A stretch of 64,000 nucleotides of DNA from Candidatus Moraniibacteriota bacterium (GTDB taxonomy: Bacteria; Patescibacteriota; Minisyncoccia; Moranbacterales; GCA-2747515), in contig JALVQA010000004.1 of assembly GCA_027031495.1 (NCBI GenBank), forward strand, positions 120,070-184,069. Reading direction: 5' to 3'. The notes under the pieces are model-generated. The model was not told the origin of the DNA. It did not search any database and saw only the letters and a program-made list of their open reading frames with translations. The position numbers were made by a program, and so were the translations under genes. Of the stretch, positions 1-10,383 are shown in pieces; the first letter of the stretch is position 1, and every line of letters begins with the position of its first letter.

Positions 1-1
1 G

Positions 2-148
2 TATTTGACAGCTGCTGGTGACGAAGATCAGATAGGTAGAGCAAAAAAAATGGTACGCTATGCAATTATTGGTACGATTGTCGCACTTTCTGGACTAATT
101 ATTATCAAGGGTGTTAGTGCAGCACTTGAGGGAAAGGATAATTTTTAG
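2..148 (+). CDS. 3' end of TrbC/VirB2-like (CPR-type) pilin, 5'-truncated by window
   Basis: Manual translation from nt 2: YLTAAGDEDQIGRAKKMVRYAIIGTIVALSGLIII...DNF*; matches the Y.t.aG.....AK..i..aiIG pilin pattern. Confidence 0.75.
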   Translation, partial: YLTAAGDEDQIGRAKKMVRYAIIGTIVALSGLIIIKGVSAALEGKDNF

Positions 149-186
149 AAAATATAACATTTTTTGGTAAAATTTTTATCTAAATG

Positions 187-219
187 AAAAAAAACGCAGA
201 CTGCATTAAACAGTCTGCG
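187..219 (-). terminator. Intrinsic terminator for the 230..1501 gene
   Basis: CGCAGACTG/CAGTCTGCG inverted repeat (195-203, 211-219) followed by an 8-T run on the minus strand. Confidence 0.7.
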
Positions 220-229
220 CGAGTTGTTT

Positions 230-1501
230 TTACCATTTATTTTGACAAACGATGGTTGCCGGCACGCCGTTTTGGGCGTGCCAGAACCTTCTAACACTTG
301 GCAACGCCTTGTTTATCTGTACGTTCCATCGGACAGATAAGCGTTTGCCGTCCATAGCTTTGTGCAGCGCAAACGGATTCACTCCCTTAATTGGGTATGA
401 GAATTCGTTTGTGGTAGCTGCCGTCGGCATGCCATAAAGAGCCGACGTTGGGCGCTTTTTGACATTTGTCATACCGCCGCTACCAAAGTGCCATACAACT
501 TCCGTGTCTTCAACTTCGCAGAACCATCTCGATGATGGTAGATCGTAGTGCCACATTCCCTCGTAACAAGTAGGGAATGAGATAACAATACGATCATCAT
601 TCCTCCTTACACTAACGGCGCAATCTCCGCGCTTTCGTGCAGGAGTGGTGGCAGCTTTTTTTCTTTGCACCGCCACCGCTTTGTCACTCACTTCCTTTTG
701 CTGTGACACAGACTCTTTAGCGCCTTCATTACGTCGGCGCCATACACGATATGCGGCAAGGTTTTCTTGCGCCTCCTTCAGTGTATCGCAGGCGTCGCGT
801 ACATCTTTGCTCTTACTATCCTTGCAGAGTACATACTGTGGTTTTTTGTACTCCTCGACGAGATGCATCATGTCCCTTTCCGCCTGTGCAACCGCCTCGT
901 GGAGCACTTCGTACTCTGTACGCACGCGCGCAGCATGCTGCTGCTCATCGGTACCTGTTGTCAGCGTATCGCGCAACTCCGGAAAGTATTGTGCTGCGAC
1001 AATTTGAAAGACGCCGATAGACATCATCGCCACTGCTAGGGCCGAGAACCACTTTTTGTAGTAGGCATATCCGCCTTCAACGAGGCCGAAAATGCCAATA
1101 AAGATGCCACCGGCAATGACGAGTAGTGCTCCAACCGGGTGTGCCATAATCGGCACAACAGCGAGGGTAAGGATCGTCGCCTCGATGATCAACTCCGCAG
1201 TTACCACGAGGCGAAACGGCATGAGGAAGCGCTGCTGTGTGTTAGCGCCAGTTCCTGGCAGCGTGGCAATAATGACACCAGTCGTCCACAACGCCGGTGT
1301 CGCCATCGTGAGGACAATCGGGATAAACCCAATGAACCCGAGCACCAGTACGGCGCCCATGTGACCACTTGCGTTGAGCGCAAACGCAGCAACGACGAGC
1401 ACAATCGTGACGATGAGACAGATGACTGCCACCGTCCACGCCTTTTTGTTAATACCCTCATTAAAAGGGATTTTGAATATGTTCAGGATTTTTTCAAACA
1501 T
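230..1501 (-). CDS. Hypothetical multi-pass membrane protein with coiled coil and C-terminal soluble domain
   Basis: 423-aa ORF, several N-terminal hydrophobic helices, GAGGAG SD upstream. Confidence 0.7.
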   Translation of the reverse strand: MFEKILNIFKIPFNEGINKKAWTVAVICLIVTIVLVVAAFALNASGHMGAVLVLGFIGFIPIVLTMATPALWTTGVIIATLPGTGANTQQRFLMPFRLVVTAELIIEATILTLAVVPIMAHPVGALLVIAGGIFIGIFGLVEGGYAYYKKWFSALAVAMMSIGVFQIVAAQYFPELRDTLTTGTDEQQHAARVRTEYEVLHEAVAQAERDMMHLVEEYKKPQYVLCKDSKSKDVRDACDTLKEAQENLAAYRVWRRRNEGAKESVSQQKEVSDKAVAVQRKKAATTPARKRGDCAVSVRRNDDRIVISFPTCYEGMWHYDLPSSRWFCEVEDTEVVWHFGSGGMTNVKKRPTSALYGMPTAATTNEFSYPIKGVNPFALHKAMDGKRLSVRWNVQINKALPSVRRFWHAQNGVPATIVCQNKW

Positions 1502-1530
1502 GATGTATTACTCCTCTTCAAAAAAATTTT

Positions 1531-2268
1531 TTAAAGTACGGAAGCGACAAGTGCAATTGCCGCAAAGACAGTGGCAAAAAATACAATAACTGCCACTATC
1601 CACTGCTTCCGCGCACGTTTCGTGAGATCTTCCTCCCACGAAAGAATACCATCCAGCGCTTCCTCAATGCCATTGGTCGCATCGCCGAGCTTTCTCTTGG
1701 CGGTGTGTAGATATTCCCGCAGCGACTTTGCCAGATCCTCCGCACGCTCATCTTTCATCACAAGAAGCGTCTTGGCCCAGTGATGAATCATCTCATTGCG
1801 TTGCGGATCCCTCAAGAGAGATGCTGTCGTCATGTACTGGATGACTTTATCTCTCTCAAAGTCAACATCTATCGCATATTGCGCAAGCTTTTTGAGCGCC
1901 GCGAGGCGATGGTCGGTCGTCACGGCTGTGACAGCACCCTTCTTTTTCTTCCCGCTTTTTACTGCCTTTGTTGACACCTCGGCTGAGGTGACCACAAGGC
2001 GCAGATAATTCCACGCCATGGAACGCAGGAACCGCGCCACACGATCGTTGCCACGAGGAGGAATAACCGCCTCTTTGATCAGCGTCAGCGCTTTCCTTTC
2101 ATTTTCCGTGAGCTGAGAGAAGAGCGATGTCCATGCACCTTCGTCATCGGTGCCAAGACCAAAAAGGTGTGGTCTTTTGATGCCAGGATTGTCAGCCCCC
2201 TTGATGCCTTCTGCTATGCTTGGTAGGGCTGAGCCAATGAGATAGCCCCAATTGATTCTGTGTTGCAT
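1531..2268 (-). CDS. Hypothetical protein with C-terminal membrane anchor
   Basis: 245-aa ORF, AGGAGGT SD upstream of ATG, hydrophobic C-terminus. Confidence 0.7.
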   Translation of the reverse strand: MQHRINWGYLIGSALPSIAEGIKGADNPGIKRPHLFGLGTDDEGAWTSLFSQLTENERKALTLIKEAVIPPRGNDRVARFLRSMAWNYLRLVVTSAEVSTKAVKSGKKKKGAVTAVTTDHRLAALKKLAQYAIDVDFERDKVIQYMTTASLLRDPQRNEMIHHWAKTLLVMKDERAEDLAKSLREYLHTAKRKLGDATNGIEEALDGILSWEEDLTKRARKQWIVAVIVFFATVFAAIALVASVL

Positions 2269-2347
2269 TTTTACCTCCTGCCCTTACGGGCTTTGATGTT
2301 AAAGAAATGTTCTTGCACAACTTGATTTAGTGGCGCAAGTTACGCGC

Positions 2348-2376
2348 AGTATAGTACATTTATGTCATAATGTCAA
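2348..2376 (-). promoter_or_regulatory. Sigma70-type promoter for the 1531..2268 / 230..1501 pair
   Basis: Minus strand TTGACA-17 nt-TATACT. Confidence 0.65.
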
Positions 2377-2463
2377 GCTTCATGGCGCATTTAGTGTGTT
2401 TGACAAATGCATGTCTAGAGTATAGTGTAAGTGTGTTGTTCCTTTTATTTGGAGGAGAGATTC

Positions 2464-2864
2464 ATGAAAAAATTGGCATTTTCCTTATCATCTACTTTTT
2501 TGTTTCCGCATGCGCTACAGTGGATCGGAACGGAAATTACAATTTTGATGAAGAGGAATTTAAGGCACGCGCGACCAACGCAACAGCTGTTGCAGCAGCC
2601 GGTTATGCCCTTGGTAAGCCAAAGAAAGGTGCAGCTATCGGTGCTGTTGTCGGCGGCATTATTGATCCGCACGAGTGTTCGGACGGTTATCGGGAAGAAA
2701 CTGCCGAGCGCGCGTCAACGACTGATGGTGCGCCGGGCACATATAAAGGCGTTTCAAGCCGTCGGCACAACAAACGTTGCGGCAATGAAAAAGGTGGCGC
2801 AGGGAATATGTGGCGCGACCTTGAAGAGCTTGAGCGGCATCTGCCACGTCTCCCTATAAGATAG
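2464..2864 (+). pseudogene. Glycine-zipper lipoprotein with a 1-nt frameshift just after the start codon
   Basis: GGAGG SD then ATG at 2464; one extra A in the A6 run (2467-2472) gives MKKIGIFLIIYFFVSAC (lipobox) in frame with GAAIGAVVGG. Confidence 0.65.
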
Positions 2865-2937
2865 CAAGATAGTGAGTTTGTCGGTGCAATTGCGCCGTTT
2901 TTTTGCGTAGATACATCTTTTTTGGTACTTTTATAGT

Positions 2938-3432
2938 ATGCGTAAGACTTTTGTTACAAAGAGTCCGGATGAGACGCGCGTTGTTGCTGCAACTCTTGCG
3001 CGAGAGCTACTTTCACTCTATGAGAGTAGTACTGATGCATTGTTGCGTAATCATGCACACATTGTTGCGCTTGAGGGTGATCTTGGTGCCGGTAAGACGA
3101 CATTTGCGCAGGGCTTTTTGTCAGCATGTGGTGCGCACGGACCATTTACAAGCCCTACGTTTGGCATTATCAAACAGTACGATTGTGGGCAAAATGCATC
3201 ACTAACGCACGTATACCACGTAGATCCATACCGTATCGGTGCGGATGATTTGCTTGCGCTGGGATGGGAAGAGATGTGTGCTGATCCGCGTGCTTTACTT
3301 ATCGTTGAGTGGCCAACGATTATTGCATCTATTATGCCGCAACCGACTCTTCATGTTACACTAACTTATGGTGAGGATATGACGACGCGTACAATAGTTG
3401 TTACGTGGTACCATAAAAAGGGAAATAGCTAA
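2938..3432 (+). CDS. tsaE: tRNA threonylcarbamoyladenosine biosynthesis ATPase TsaE
   Basis: [10 protein letters not shown] Walker A, SPTF, HVDPYR, VEW motifs. Confidence 0.95.
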   Translation: MRKTFVTKSPDETRVVAATLARELLSLYESSTDALLRNHAHIVALEGDLGAGKTTFAQGFLSACGAHGPFTSPTFGIIKQYDCGQNASLTHVYHVDPYRIGADDLLALGWEEMCADPRALLIVEWPTIIASIMPQPTLHVTLTYGEDMTTRTIVVTWYHKKGNS

Positions 3433-3436
3433 AAAT

Positions 3437-4240
3437 ATGCAAAGAGTATTGATGGTTGTGTTGAGTATTGTTATATGTGGCATGTTAAGTGGATGCGATA
3501 CTGCCGGCACACCACGTGTTCCTACACAGGAGACTGGTGCTGACACCGTATCATATATTGATATCGGTGATGCGCCACCAAATGCTGCGGATATTGGGCG
3601 CGCGATGGAAGAAGAAGTAAAGCCGTGGAAGAAGAAACAGCGCGCACAATCACGTGAGGATACGGAGAGTGTAAGCACTCGTGATACTACACAAGCGAGT
3701 AATAATACAACACATAAATCCGATCATAAAAATATGATGAAAACATTTGACCGTGCACGCGCAAAAGACTTAAGTAAGCGCTACAGAGGCGTCGTGCTTC
3801 ACACAAACAAAGGTGACATCACAATCACATTTTATGGTGATGATGCACCGCTTTCTGTTGGCAATTTTTTGATGCTTGCGCAGGATGGTTTCTACGACGG
3901 CATTACTTTTCATCGTGTTATCAAAGATTTCATGATTCAGGGTGGTGATCCGACGGGGACAGGTGCCGGTGGACCCGGTTACACATTCGAAGACGAGAGC
4001 AATGATCATAAAGTTGTGCGTGGTGCAGTAGCGATGGCAAATGCCGGACCTAATACAAACGGTTCGCAATTCTTTATTGTAACGGCGCAGGCAGCGCCAT
4101 GGCTTGATGGGAAGTACACAGTTTTTGGTAGTGTCGTCGATGGGATGGATGTTGTTGATGCGATTGAATCGGTTGCAACAGATCGCAATGATAAGCCACT
4201 GGAGGATGTCACTATCAAGAGCGTTGATATGGTGCAATAA
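3437..4240 (+). CDS. Cyclophilin-type peptidyl-prolyl isomerase, probable lipoprotein
   Basis: [30 protein letters not shown]; N-terminal LSGC lipobox. Confidence 0.93.
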   Translation: MQRVLMVVLSIVICGMLSGCDTAGTPRVPTQETGADTVSYIDIGDAPPNAADIGRAMEEEVKPWKKKQRAQSREDTESVSTRDTTQASNNTTHKSDHKNMMKTFDRARAKDLSKRYRGVVLHTNKGDITITFYGDDAPLSVGNFLMLAQDGFYDGITFHRVIKDFMIQGGDPTGTGAGGPGYTFEDESNDHKVVRGAVAMANAGPNTNGSQFFIVTAQAAPWLDGKYTVFGSVVDGMDVVDAIESVATDRNDKPLEDVTIKSVDMVQ

Positions 4241-4267
4241 AAAGTTGCAAAATGGTACAATGGGTGT

Positions 4268-6931
4268 ATGACTGAACGCAAAATACTTCTTCTTGTTGAT
4301 ACGAGTGCGCTTATTCACCGTGCGTACCATGCAATTCCTCCACTGACAACAAAGGATGGAAAGCTTGTTAATGCTGTTTACGGTGTTGTATCTACATTAC
4401 TTTCTGTAGAAAAGGAATATACGCCAACGTACATTATTGCGGCGTACGATGTCGGCAAAAAGACCTTTCGTCACAAAATGTATGCAAAGTATAAAGCACA
4501 TCGGCGTGCACTGCCCGATGATCTTGTGGCGCAGTTTGATTATGTGCGCAAGCTTATAGATGCCTTTGGCATTCTTGGGCTGGAGCATGAAGATTTTGAG
4601 GCGGATGATATTATCGGTACGGTAGCACGTGAGATTGTGCAGAAATATGACGATATCGATGTTGTAATTGTGACCGGTGATAATGACGCGCTACAACTTG
4701 TCAATGAACGTGTGCGTGTGCGCACGTTTGGTCGCGGTCTATCGGATGCAAAAGTTTATGATATAGATGCAGTGCAGCAAAAGTACCATCTCTTGCCATC
4801 GCAGCTGCCGGAATATAAAGGACTTGTTGGTGATAGCAGTGATAATATTCCCGGTGTTAGCGGTATTGGACATAAAACTGCCATAAAACTTTTAACAATG
4901 TATGGCTCGCTAGAAGGTATTTACGAGCATATTGATGAAATTAAAGGTGCGGTGCGAGAGAGGCTGGAGCGTGATCGTGAACAAGCATTTCTTTCGCGTG
5001 ATTTGGGGCGCATCGTGACAAATGTGCCGCTGACGTATGATATTGAAGATGCACGTGCACACTTAAATACCAAGAAAGTACGCGCTTTCTTTCGCAAAAT
5101 GAATTTTTTCTCATTGATCAAGCGTCTTCCGCATGACAATGATAAAAGCACTGTGACGGCGCAAGCAGACAATGCGACGTGCACTATCATTGCACCGAAA
5201 GATGTAGAGAAAACGTTAGTATCTTTTGCGCAAAAGACGTGCGTTGCTGTGCGCGTACTCCATGATACATCTGCAATAAGAGGTGTTGCGCTCTCATCAG
5301 CGTACAATGAAGCATGTTTTATCGCCTGGACACTCGAGACACGTGCGTACATAGAACGTTTCTTTGCGCATACGAAGCGGCACGCTGTCATTACAACATT
5401 TGACACAAAAACGCTCATGCATCTTCTTGCGCGTCACAATATTGTGCTATCACCGCCTTATAGTGATGTGATGTTGCAAGCGTATGTTATCGGCGCAGGG
5501 TCTGTGATTACGCTTGCACGCTGCGCGTATGAGGAGCTAGGGCGAGAGTTGCCACAGAAACAATCACAGCTATCGCTTATGTCTGATGACGATAATGCTG
5601 TTCTATATGTTCAGCAAGAGGCGACACTGATTTATGACCTTGCGTGTCATTACGAAAAAAAGATTGCGGCTATTGCGCACACACAGAAAGGGGATGCATC
5701 CATTGCGACGGTTTTGAAACACATGGAGATCCCACTTATTGCCGTTTTGATGCGCATGGAGCGCATTGGTGTTCCCTGTGAGAAAGAAATTCTGGAAGCA
5801 TTGAGTGTAGAACTAGGAAAGAAGATTGCTGCATGTGAAGAGAAAATTTATAAGCACGCTGGCACGTCATTTAATATCAATTCGCCACAACAATTGGCAA
5901 CAATTCTTTTTGATACTCTCTCATTGCCGACACAATCCATCAAAAAGACGAAAACTGGATATTCAACGGCGGCGAGTGAACTTGAGAAATTGCGCACAAC
6001 ACATCCAATCATTGCGTTAATTGAAGAGTATCGTGAGCTCACAAAACTGCGCAATACGTACGTTGATGTCCTTCCGAAACTTATTGATGAGAAAGGTCGC
6101 ATACACACTACTTTTCAGCAGGCGGTTACAGCAACAGGGCGTCTCTCGTCAACGGATCCAAATTTGCAAAATATTCCGACACGTACGGAATACAGTAGCA
6201 CTATTCGTAGAGCATTTGCTGCACCGGATGGATTTGTTCTTGTTTCCGCTGATTACTCGCAAATTGACTTGCGGTGTATTGCGCACATTTCCGGTGATGA
6301 AAAAATGATTGCAGCGTTTCAGCGCGGTGATGATATTCACGAATTAACAGCCGCAGAAGTATTTGGTGTGCCAAAGGAGAAAGTAACAAAACAACAGCGC
6401 CGTCATGCAAAGGCCTTGAATTTTGGTCTTATCTACGGCATGGGTGCATACGGTTTTGCACAATCTGCCGGCATTGATATTGAACAGGCGCGCGATTTTA
6501 TTGCAAAGTATTTTGAGCGCTTTCGTGGTGTAGAGAAATATATGCAAGAAATTGTTGCGTTTGCAAAAGAGCATGGTTTTGTGGAGACGCCGTTTGGTCG
6601 TCGGCGTGCTATACCGGAAATTAATGCAACAAATCAGCAGCTTGCGCGCAGTGGCGAACGTATGGCAATCAACATGCCGGTGCAGGGTATGGCAGCAGAT
6701 ATTATGAAGTATGCAATGATAGCAGTTGCTAAAATGCTCAATGAAACGTACTCAGCTGATACTGCGCGCATGATTTTGCAGGTTCATGATGAGATTATTT
6801 GTGAGGTACGCAAAGAGGTTTTGCGGGATATTGAGGAGAAAATTAGCACCATAATGGAAAATATCGTGACGTTGCGTGTGCCGCTTGTCGTAGATGTTTC
6901 GCATGGTGCAACGTGGGCTAATCTTGCATAG
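4268..6931 (+). CDS. polA: DNA polymerase I
   Basis: 5'-3' exonuclease (EADDIIG, GDSSDNIPG), TGRLSS, DYSQI, KALNFGLIYG, QVHDE. Confidence 0.97.
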   Translation: MTERKILLLVDTSALIHRAYHAIPPLTTKDGKLVNAVYGVVSTLLSVEKEYTPTYIIAAYDVGKKTFRHKMYAKYKAHRRALPDDLVAQFDYVRKLIDAFGILGLEHEDFEADDIIGTVAREIVQKYDDIDVVIVTGDNDALQLVNERVRVRTFGRGLSDAKVYDIDAVQQKYHLLPSQLPEYKGLVGDSSDNIPGVSGIGHKTAIKLLTMYGSLEGIYEHIDEIKGAVRERLERDREQAFLSRDLGRIVTNVPLTYDIEDARAHLNTKKVRAFFRKMNFFSLIKRLPHDNDKSTVTAQADNATCTIIAPKDVEKTLVSFAQKTCVAVRVLHDTSAIRGVALSSAYNEACFIAWTLETRAYIERFFAHTKRHAVITTFDTKTLMHLLARHNIVLSPPYSDVMLQAYVIGAGSVITLARCAYEELGRELPQKQSQLSLMSDDDNAVLYVQQEATLIYDLACHYEKKIAAIAHTQKGDASIATVLKHMEIPLIAVLMRMERIGVPCEKEILEALSVELGKKIAACEEKIYKHAGTSFNINSPQQLATILFDTLSLPTQSIKKTKTGYSTAASELEKLRTTHPIIALIEEYRELTKLRNTYVDVLPKLIDEKGRIHTTFQQAVTATGRLSSTDPNLQNIPTRTEYSSTIRRAFAAPDGFVLVSADYSQIDLRCIAHISGDEKMIAAFQRGDDIHELTAAEVFGVPKEKVTKQQRRHAKALNFGLIYGMGAYGFAQSAGIDIEQARDFIAKYFERFRGVEKYMQEIVAFAKEHGFVETPFGRRRAIPEINATNQQLARSGERMAINMPVQGMAADIMKYAMIAVAKMLNETYSADTARMILQVHDEIICEVRKEVLRDIEEKISTIMENIVTLRVPLVVDVSHGATWANLA

Positions 6932-7002
6932 TGTATAATGCATATAGCATGCCTCTATAAGCAAGTGCGAGGTGTATTAAGAAATAAAAATTTTTATTAA
7001 TT

Positions 7003-8214
7003 ATGTCTAAAAATCAAAAAATTGGTATAGGCGTTGCCGCGTGTCTTGTTGTATTGCTTGCAGGATGGTTTTTTGTCGGGCGCGGTGGTGACCATAAAAC
7101 ACGAGAAGTAATTGAACTAACAGAAGACGGTCGCGATGCGAATCTTCTTGACTATGAGCCGGATGTAATCGAGTCTGGTAAAGAACAGGGACGCAGCCCA
7201 CTGTCCGGTCGTGTATGTGATGCATGGGATAAGCGTCCGTTTGCCATAATGTATTCCGGTGATGCTGGTGCGCGCAAATGGTTTAGTGGCCTTTCGCAGG
7301 CAGATATCGTTGTGGAGATGCCGCATCGTGCTACACATGGTGGTACGCGTGTTATGGGTATTTTCCAGTGCAATGCACCGACTATTGTCGGACCGATGCG
7401 CAGTGGGCGTACGGATTTTCTCGGTCTTGCAAATGCGTTTGATGCAATCTTTGTGCCGTGGGGTGGCTCGAGTATTGTGAAAAACCTCCTGAAAAAGGGT
7501 GTTAATGATCATATTGATTGTAACGGCGAGGTAGCGCCGGCTGGTGGTGATGCATGTTTCCGCCGTAAAGATGGTCCGCCGTCAAAGATGGATAAAGCAT
7601 CATCGAGTGTGCCAAAACTGATCGCGAGAGCACGGGAATTAGGTTATCGCAACACAACGCAGTTTAACGCTTTGAAATTTCAAACGGACATTCCGCTATC
7701 AAAACGACCGGACCATGCGTATGTAAAGATTTACTTTGAAAAGCCATTTCGTGTAATTTTTGAGTACGACAAAGCAACAAATACTTACAAGCGGTACTTT
7801 AACAAGCAGCCGGATAAAGATTATGCAACCGGTGAACAGTATGCCGCAAAGAACGTTGTTGTTATTCTTACAAAAAAGAGTGCATTTTCAACGAGTGAGG
7901 ATTATGTTGGTAAGGGGCTTGTTGATCCGTGGAATGGTGTTGATGAAGTGCATCGCAAAAATGATAATGGGCAGTATCCAAATATGGAACTTGGTGATCC
8001 GTGGTTTGATATCAATCGCAGCGGTGAGGCACGTTTTTACATGAATGGTCGTGAAATCGTTGGCACATGGCGGCGTGAGCGCAAACTTGGTGCGCCGATG
8101 GAATTTTTTGACAAAAATGGTAAACCAATTCACTTTGTGGAAGGACAGACGTGGATTGAAATTGCTGAGTCAAATCGCAAGGTGCGCTACAAGGTGGAGC
8201 CACTTGAGGAGTAG
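7003..8214 (+). CDS. DUF3048-like membrane-anchored protein
   Basis: N-terminal TM, SPLSG..RP, GLSQADIVVE, GPMRSGR, GQTWIE. Confidence 0.75.
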   Translation: MSKNQKIGIGVAACLVVLLAGWFFVGRGGDHKTREVIELTEDGRDANLLDYEPDVIESGKEQGRSPLSGRVCDAWDKRPFAIMYSGDAGARKWFSGLSQADIVVEMPHRATHGGTRVMGIFQCNAPTIVGPMRSGRTDFLGLANAFDAIFVPWGGSSIVKNLLKKGVNDHIDCNGEVAPAGGDACFRRKDGPPSKMDKASSSVPKLIARARELGYRNTTQFNALKFQTDIPLSKRPDHAYVKIYFEKPFRVIFEYDKATNTYKRYFNKQPDKDYATGEQYAAKNVVVILTKKSAFSTSEDYVGKGLVDPWNGVDEVHRKNDNGQYPNMELGDPWFDINRSGEARFYMNGREIVGTWRRERKLGAPMEFFDKNGKPIHFVEGQTWIEIAESNRKVRYKVEPLEE

Positions 8215-8320
8215 TTTTTTATAAATATCTACCATTATAGATTACACGCTTATCTTCCATTGGTGGATGAGTGTGTTTTCGTGTGATACACTGCAGAGAG
8301 AGTTTGTAAGGTAATACTTT

Positions 8321-9268
8321 ATGCTTTTGTTTCTGTACGGCACGGAACTTTTGCAGCCCAGTGAGAAAATACACGCACTAACAGAGAAATTTTTTGCAAA
8401 AAATCAACAGGGTGCCGATAAGATTGTTGTTGACTGTGCTGATGGCGCAACGATAAAAGATGTGCACGATGCGCTTTTTAGTGGCAATCTTTTCACACGC
8501 CGTCGTCTTGTTATTGTCAAGAATCCTTTTTCGCTTCCGGCGAAAGATCAGCGAGAACTTGCGATGCAATTAAAGGCATTAGCACATGATGTTGTTGTTT
8601 TTTGGGAGCGGGGTAGTGTGCGTGCAAATGCTGTTCTCTCTAAAGCATTACTATCATGTGCTGATATGAAAAAAGAATACATCGCACCCCGTGGCAATGA
8701 TTACTATGCATGGGCTGCGCGTCGTCTTCATACAATTGCACCGGGAACAACACTTGAGCGTGACGCTGCCAAAGTATTAGAGACGCATATTGGTGATGAT
8801 CTTGTCCGTTTACACAACATATTGATGCAATGCGCATCGTATGTGGATAGCAAGTGTGTAACAGTAGATGTTGTCCACCTTTTTATAGAAGCGCGTGCCA
8901 CATCAAATGTTTTTAAGGCTGTTGAAGCACTTACACGCGGTGATCGTGCGCAGGCGCTCTCGCTCTTGCGAGAGCAACTGTCGGCTGGCGAGGATGCATT
9001 TAAGTTATTTGGTCTTTATGTTTATCATGTACGTTCACTCCTGACTGTTGCTGAATATAGTGAGCGTGGGGTCTATGATTATAAGCGCATTGCACAAAAG
9101 ACACGTCTTGCACCGTTTGTTGTATCAAAAGCATTGGCGGTGGTACGTGCGTTTCCGCGCCAACGTCTTCTATGCACACATGCGCATCTTGTAGCACTTG
9201 ATCGTGCCGTGAAGCGTGGCGTACTCACGATGGAAGATGCGCTTTATGATTTTGTTACAAAAACGTAG
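8321..9268 (+). CDS. holA: DNA polymerase III delta subunit
   Basis: LFLYG N-terminus, LF..RRLVIVK, C-terminal D..vK.G; lies next to rpsT as is typical. Confidence 0.85.
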   Translation: MLLFLYGTELLQPSEKIHALTEKFFAKNQQGADKIVVDCADGATIKDVHDALFSGNLFTRRRLVIVKNPFSLPAKDQRELAMQLKALAHDVVVFWERGSVRANAVLSKALLSCADMKKEYIAPRGNDYYAWAARRLHTIAPGTTLERDAAKVLETHIGDDLVRLHNILMQCASYVDSKCVTVDVVHLFIEARATSNVFKAVEALTRGDRAQALSLLREQLSAGEDAFKLFGLYVYHVRSLLTVAEYSERGVYDYKRIAQKTRLAPFVVSKALAVVRAFPRQRLLCTHAHLVALDRAVKRGVLTMEDALYDFVTKT

Positions 9269-9337
9269 AAACAATCTTTGTTAAAGATATAAAAAACACA
9301 TATCGTAATGGATATGTGTTTTTTTAAGAAATTTGTA

Positions 9338-9613
9338 CTACTTTTGTCCTTGTACAAGTGCCTTAACGGCTGCATTAAGGCGGCTCTTGAGGCGCGCGGC
9401 CGTATTTTTCTTGATAACGCCTTTTTGATGTGCTTTATCAAGTGTTTTCTGCGCTGTTTTCATCCACTTTTGTGCTTCATCGACGTCACTGTGAGCAATG
9501 GCTGCTCGCGTTTTTTTAATTGCGCCACGGAAGAGACCTTTAACAATGTTGTTACGCGCGGTTTTTCGTGCCGTAACACGCATGTACTTCTTTGCTGATG
9601 CTTTAATTGGCAT
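9338..9613 (-). CDS. rpsT: 30S ribosomal protein S20
   Basis: MPIKASAKK...DKAHQKGVIKKNTAARLKSRL. Confidence 0.95.
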   Translation of the reverse strand: MPIKASAKKYMRVTARKTARNNIVKGLFRGAIKKTRAAIAHSDVDEAQKWMKTAQKTLDKAHQKGVIKKNTAARLKSRLNAAVKALVQGQK

Positions 9614-9786
9614 AGAATATTCTGACGTTATGTATTATTGAATTGAGAGCAAATAGAGTAGTGTCTGTAAGCTTCCTCACTGACACTGTGGCTAGTACCA
9701 CTTATTTTTAGCATTATTTTACGATTTTGGCAAGTGTTTTGGCACGGTAGTATGCTATTATACTTTACGTGGTACTATAGTAGTGT

Positions 9787-10383
9787 ATGATTGCACATCT
9801 TACAGGAAAAATTATTGCACGTGATGAGGACAGCATTGTTGTTGATGTTGCCGGTGTTGGGTATGGCGTGCATATAAGTGCACATACACATGAGAAGGTC
9901 GCAACGGTGAATGATATATCGCTCTTTGTTTATACACATGTGCGCGAACAGGAGATTACTCTCTATGGCTTTATGGCACAAGAAGAAAAAGAGCTTTTTG
10001 TGGCACTTCTTACAATTAGCGGCGTTGGTCCAAAGGCTGCAATGAATATCCTCTCTATCGCACCGCCACAGACAATTCTTACTGCGATTGCACACAGTGA
10101 TGCGTCGCTTCTTACGAAAGTTTCCGGTATTGGTAAAAAAACGGCAGAGCGGATCGTGTTGGAACTGCACAACAAGGTGCAGAAACTTAGAGAAAATATG
10201 CCGCAAGATAGTGATACGCACAGCACAGATGATATTGATGCTATAGATGCACTCGTTGGGCTTGGCTACAGTGTAGCGGAAGCGCGTGATGCACTCAGAG
10301 CTGTGTCATCTGACCTGCCGCCGACAGCGACAATGACCGATCGCATCCGTGCTGCGCTTAAATACGCCGGACAAAAGAAATGA
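9787..10383 (+). CDS. ruvA: Holliday junction branch migration protein RuvA
   Basis: MIAHLTG, GVGY, LYGF, HhH GVGPK and GIGKKTAERIVLEL, ALVGLGY. Confidence 0.96.
   Translation: MIAHLTGKIIARDEDSIVVDVAGVGYGVHISAHTHEKVATVNDISLFVYTHVREQEITLYGFMAQEEKELFVALLTISGVGPKAAMNILSIAPPQTILTAIAHSDASLLTKVSGIGKKTAERIVLELHNKVQKLRENMPQDSDTHSTDDIDAIDALVGLGYSVAEARDALRAVSSDLPPTATMTDRIRAALKYAGQKK

Noticed and set aside
2370-2463. Upstream ATG at 2370 as the true lipoprotein start
   Set aside because: It overlaps promoter elements, lacks an SD and would bury the signal peptide; the SD sits before 2464
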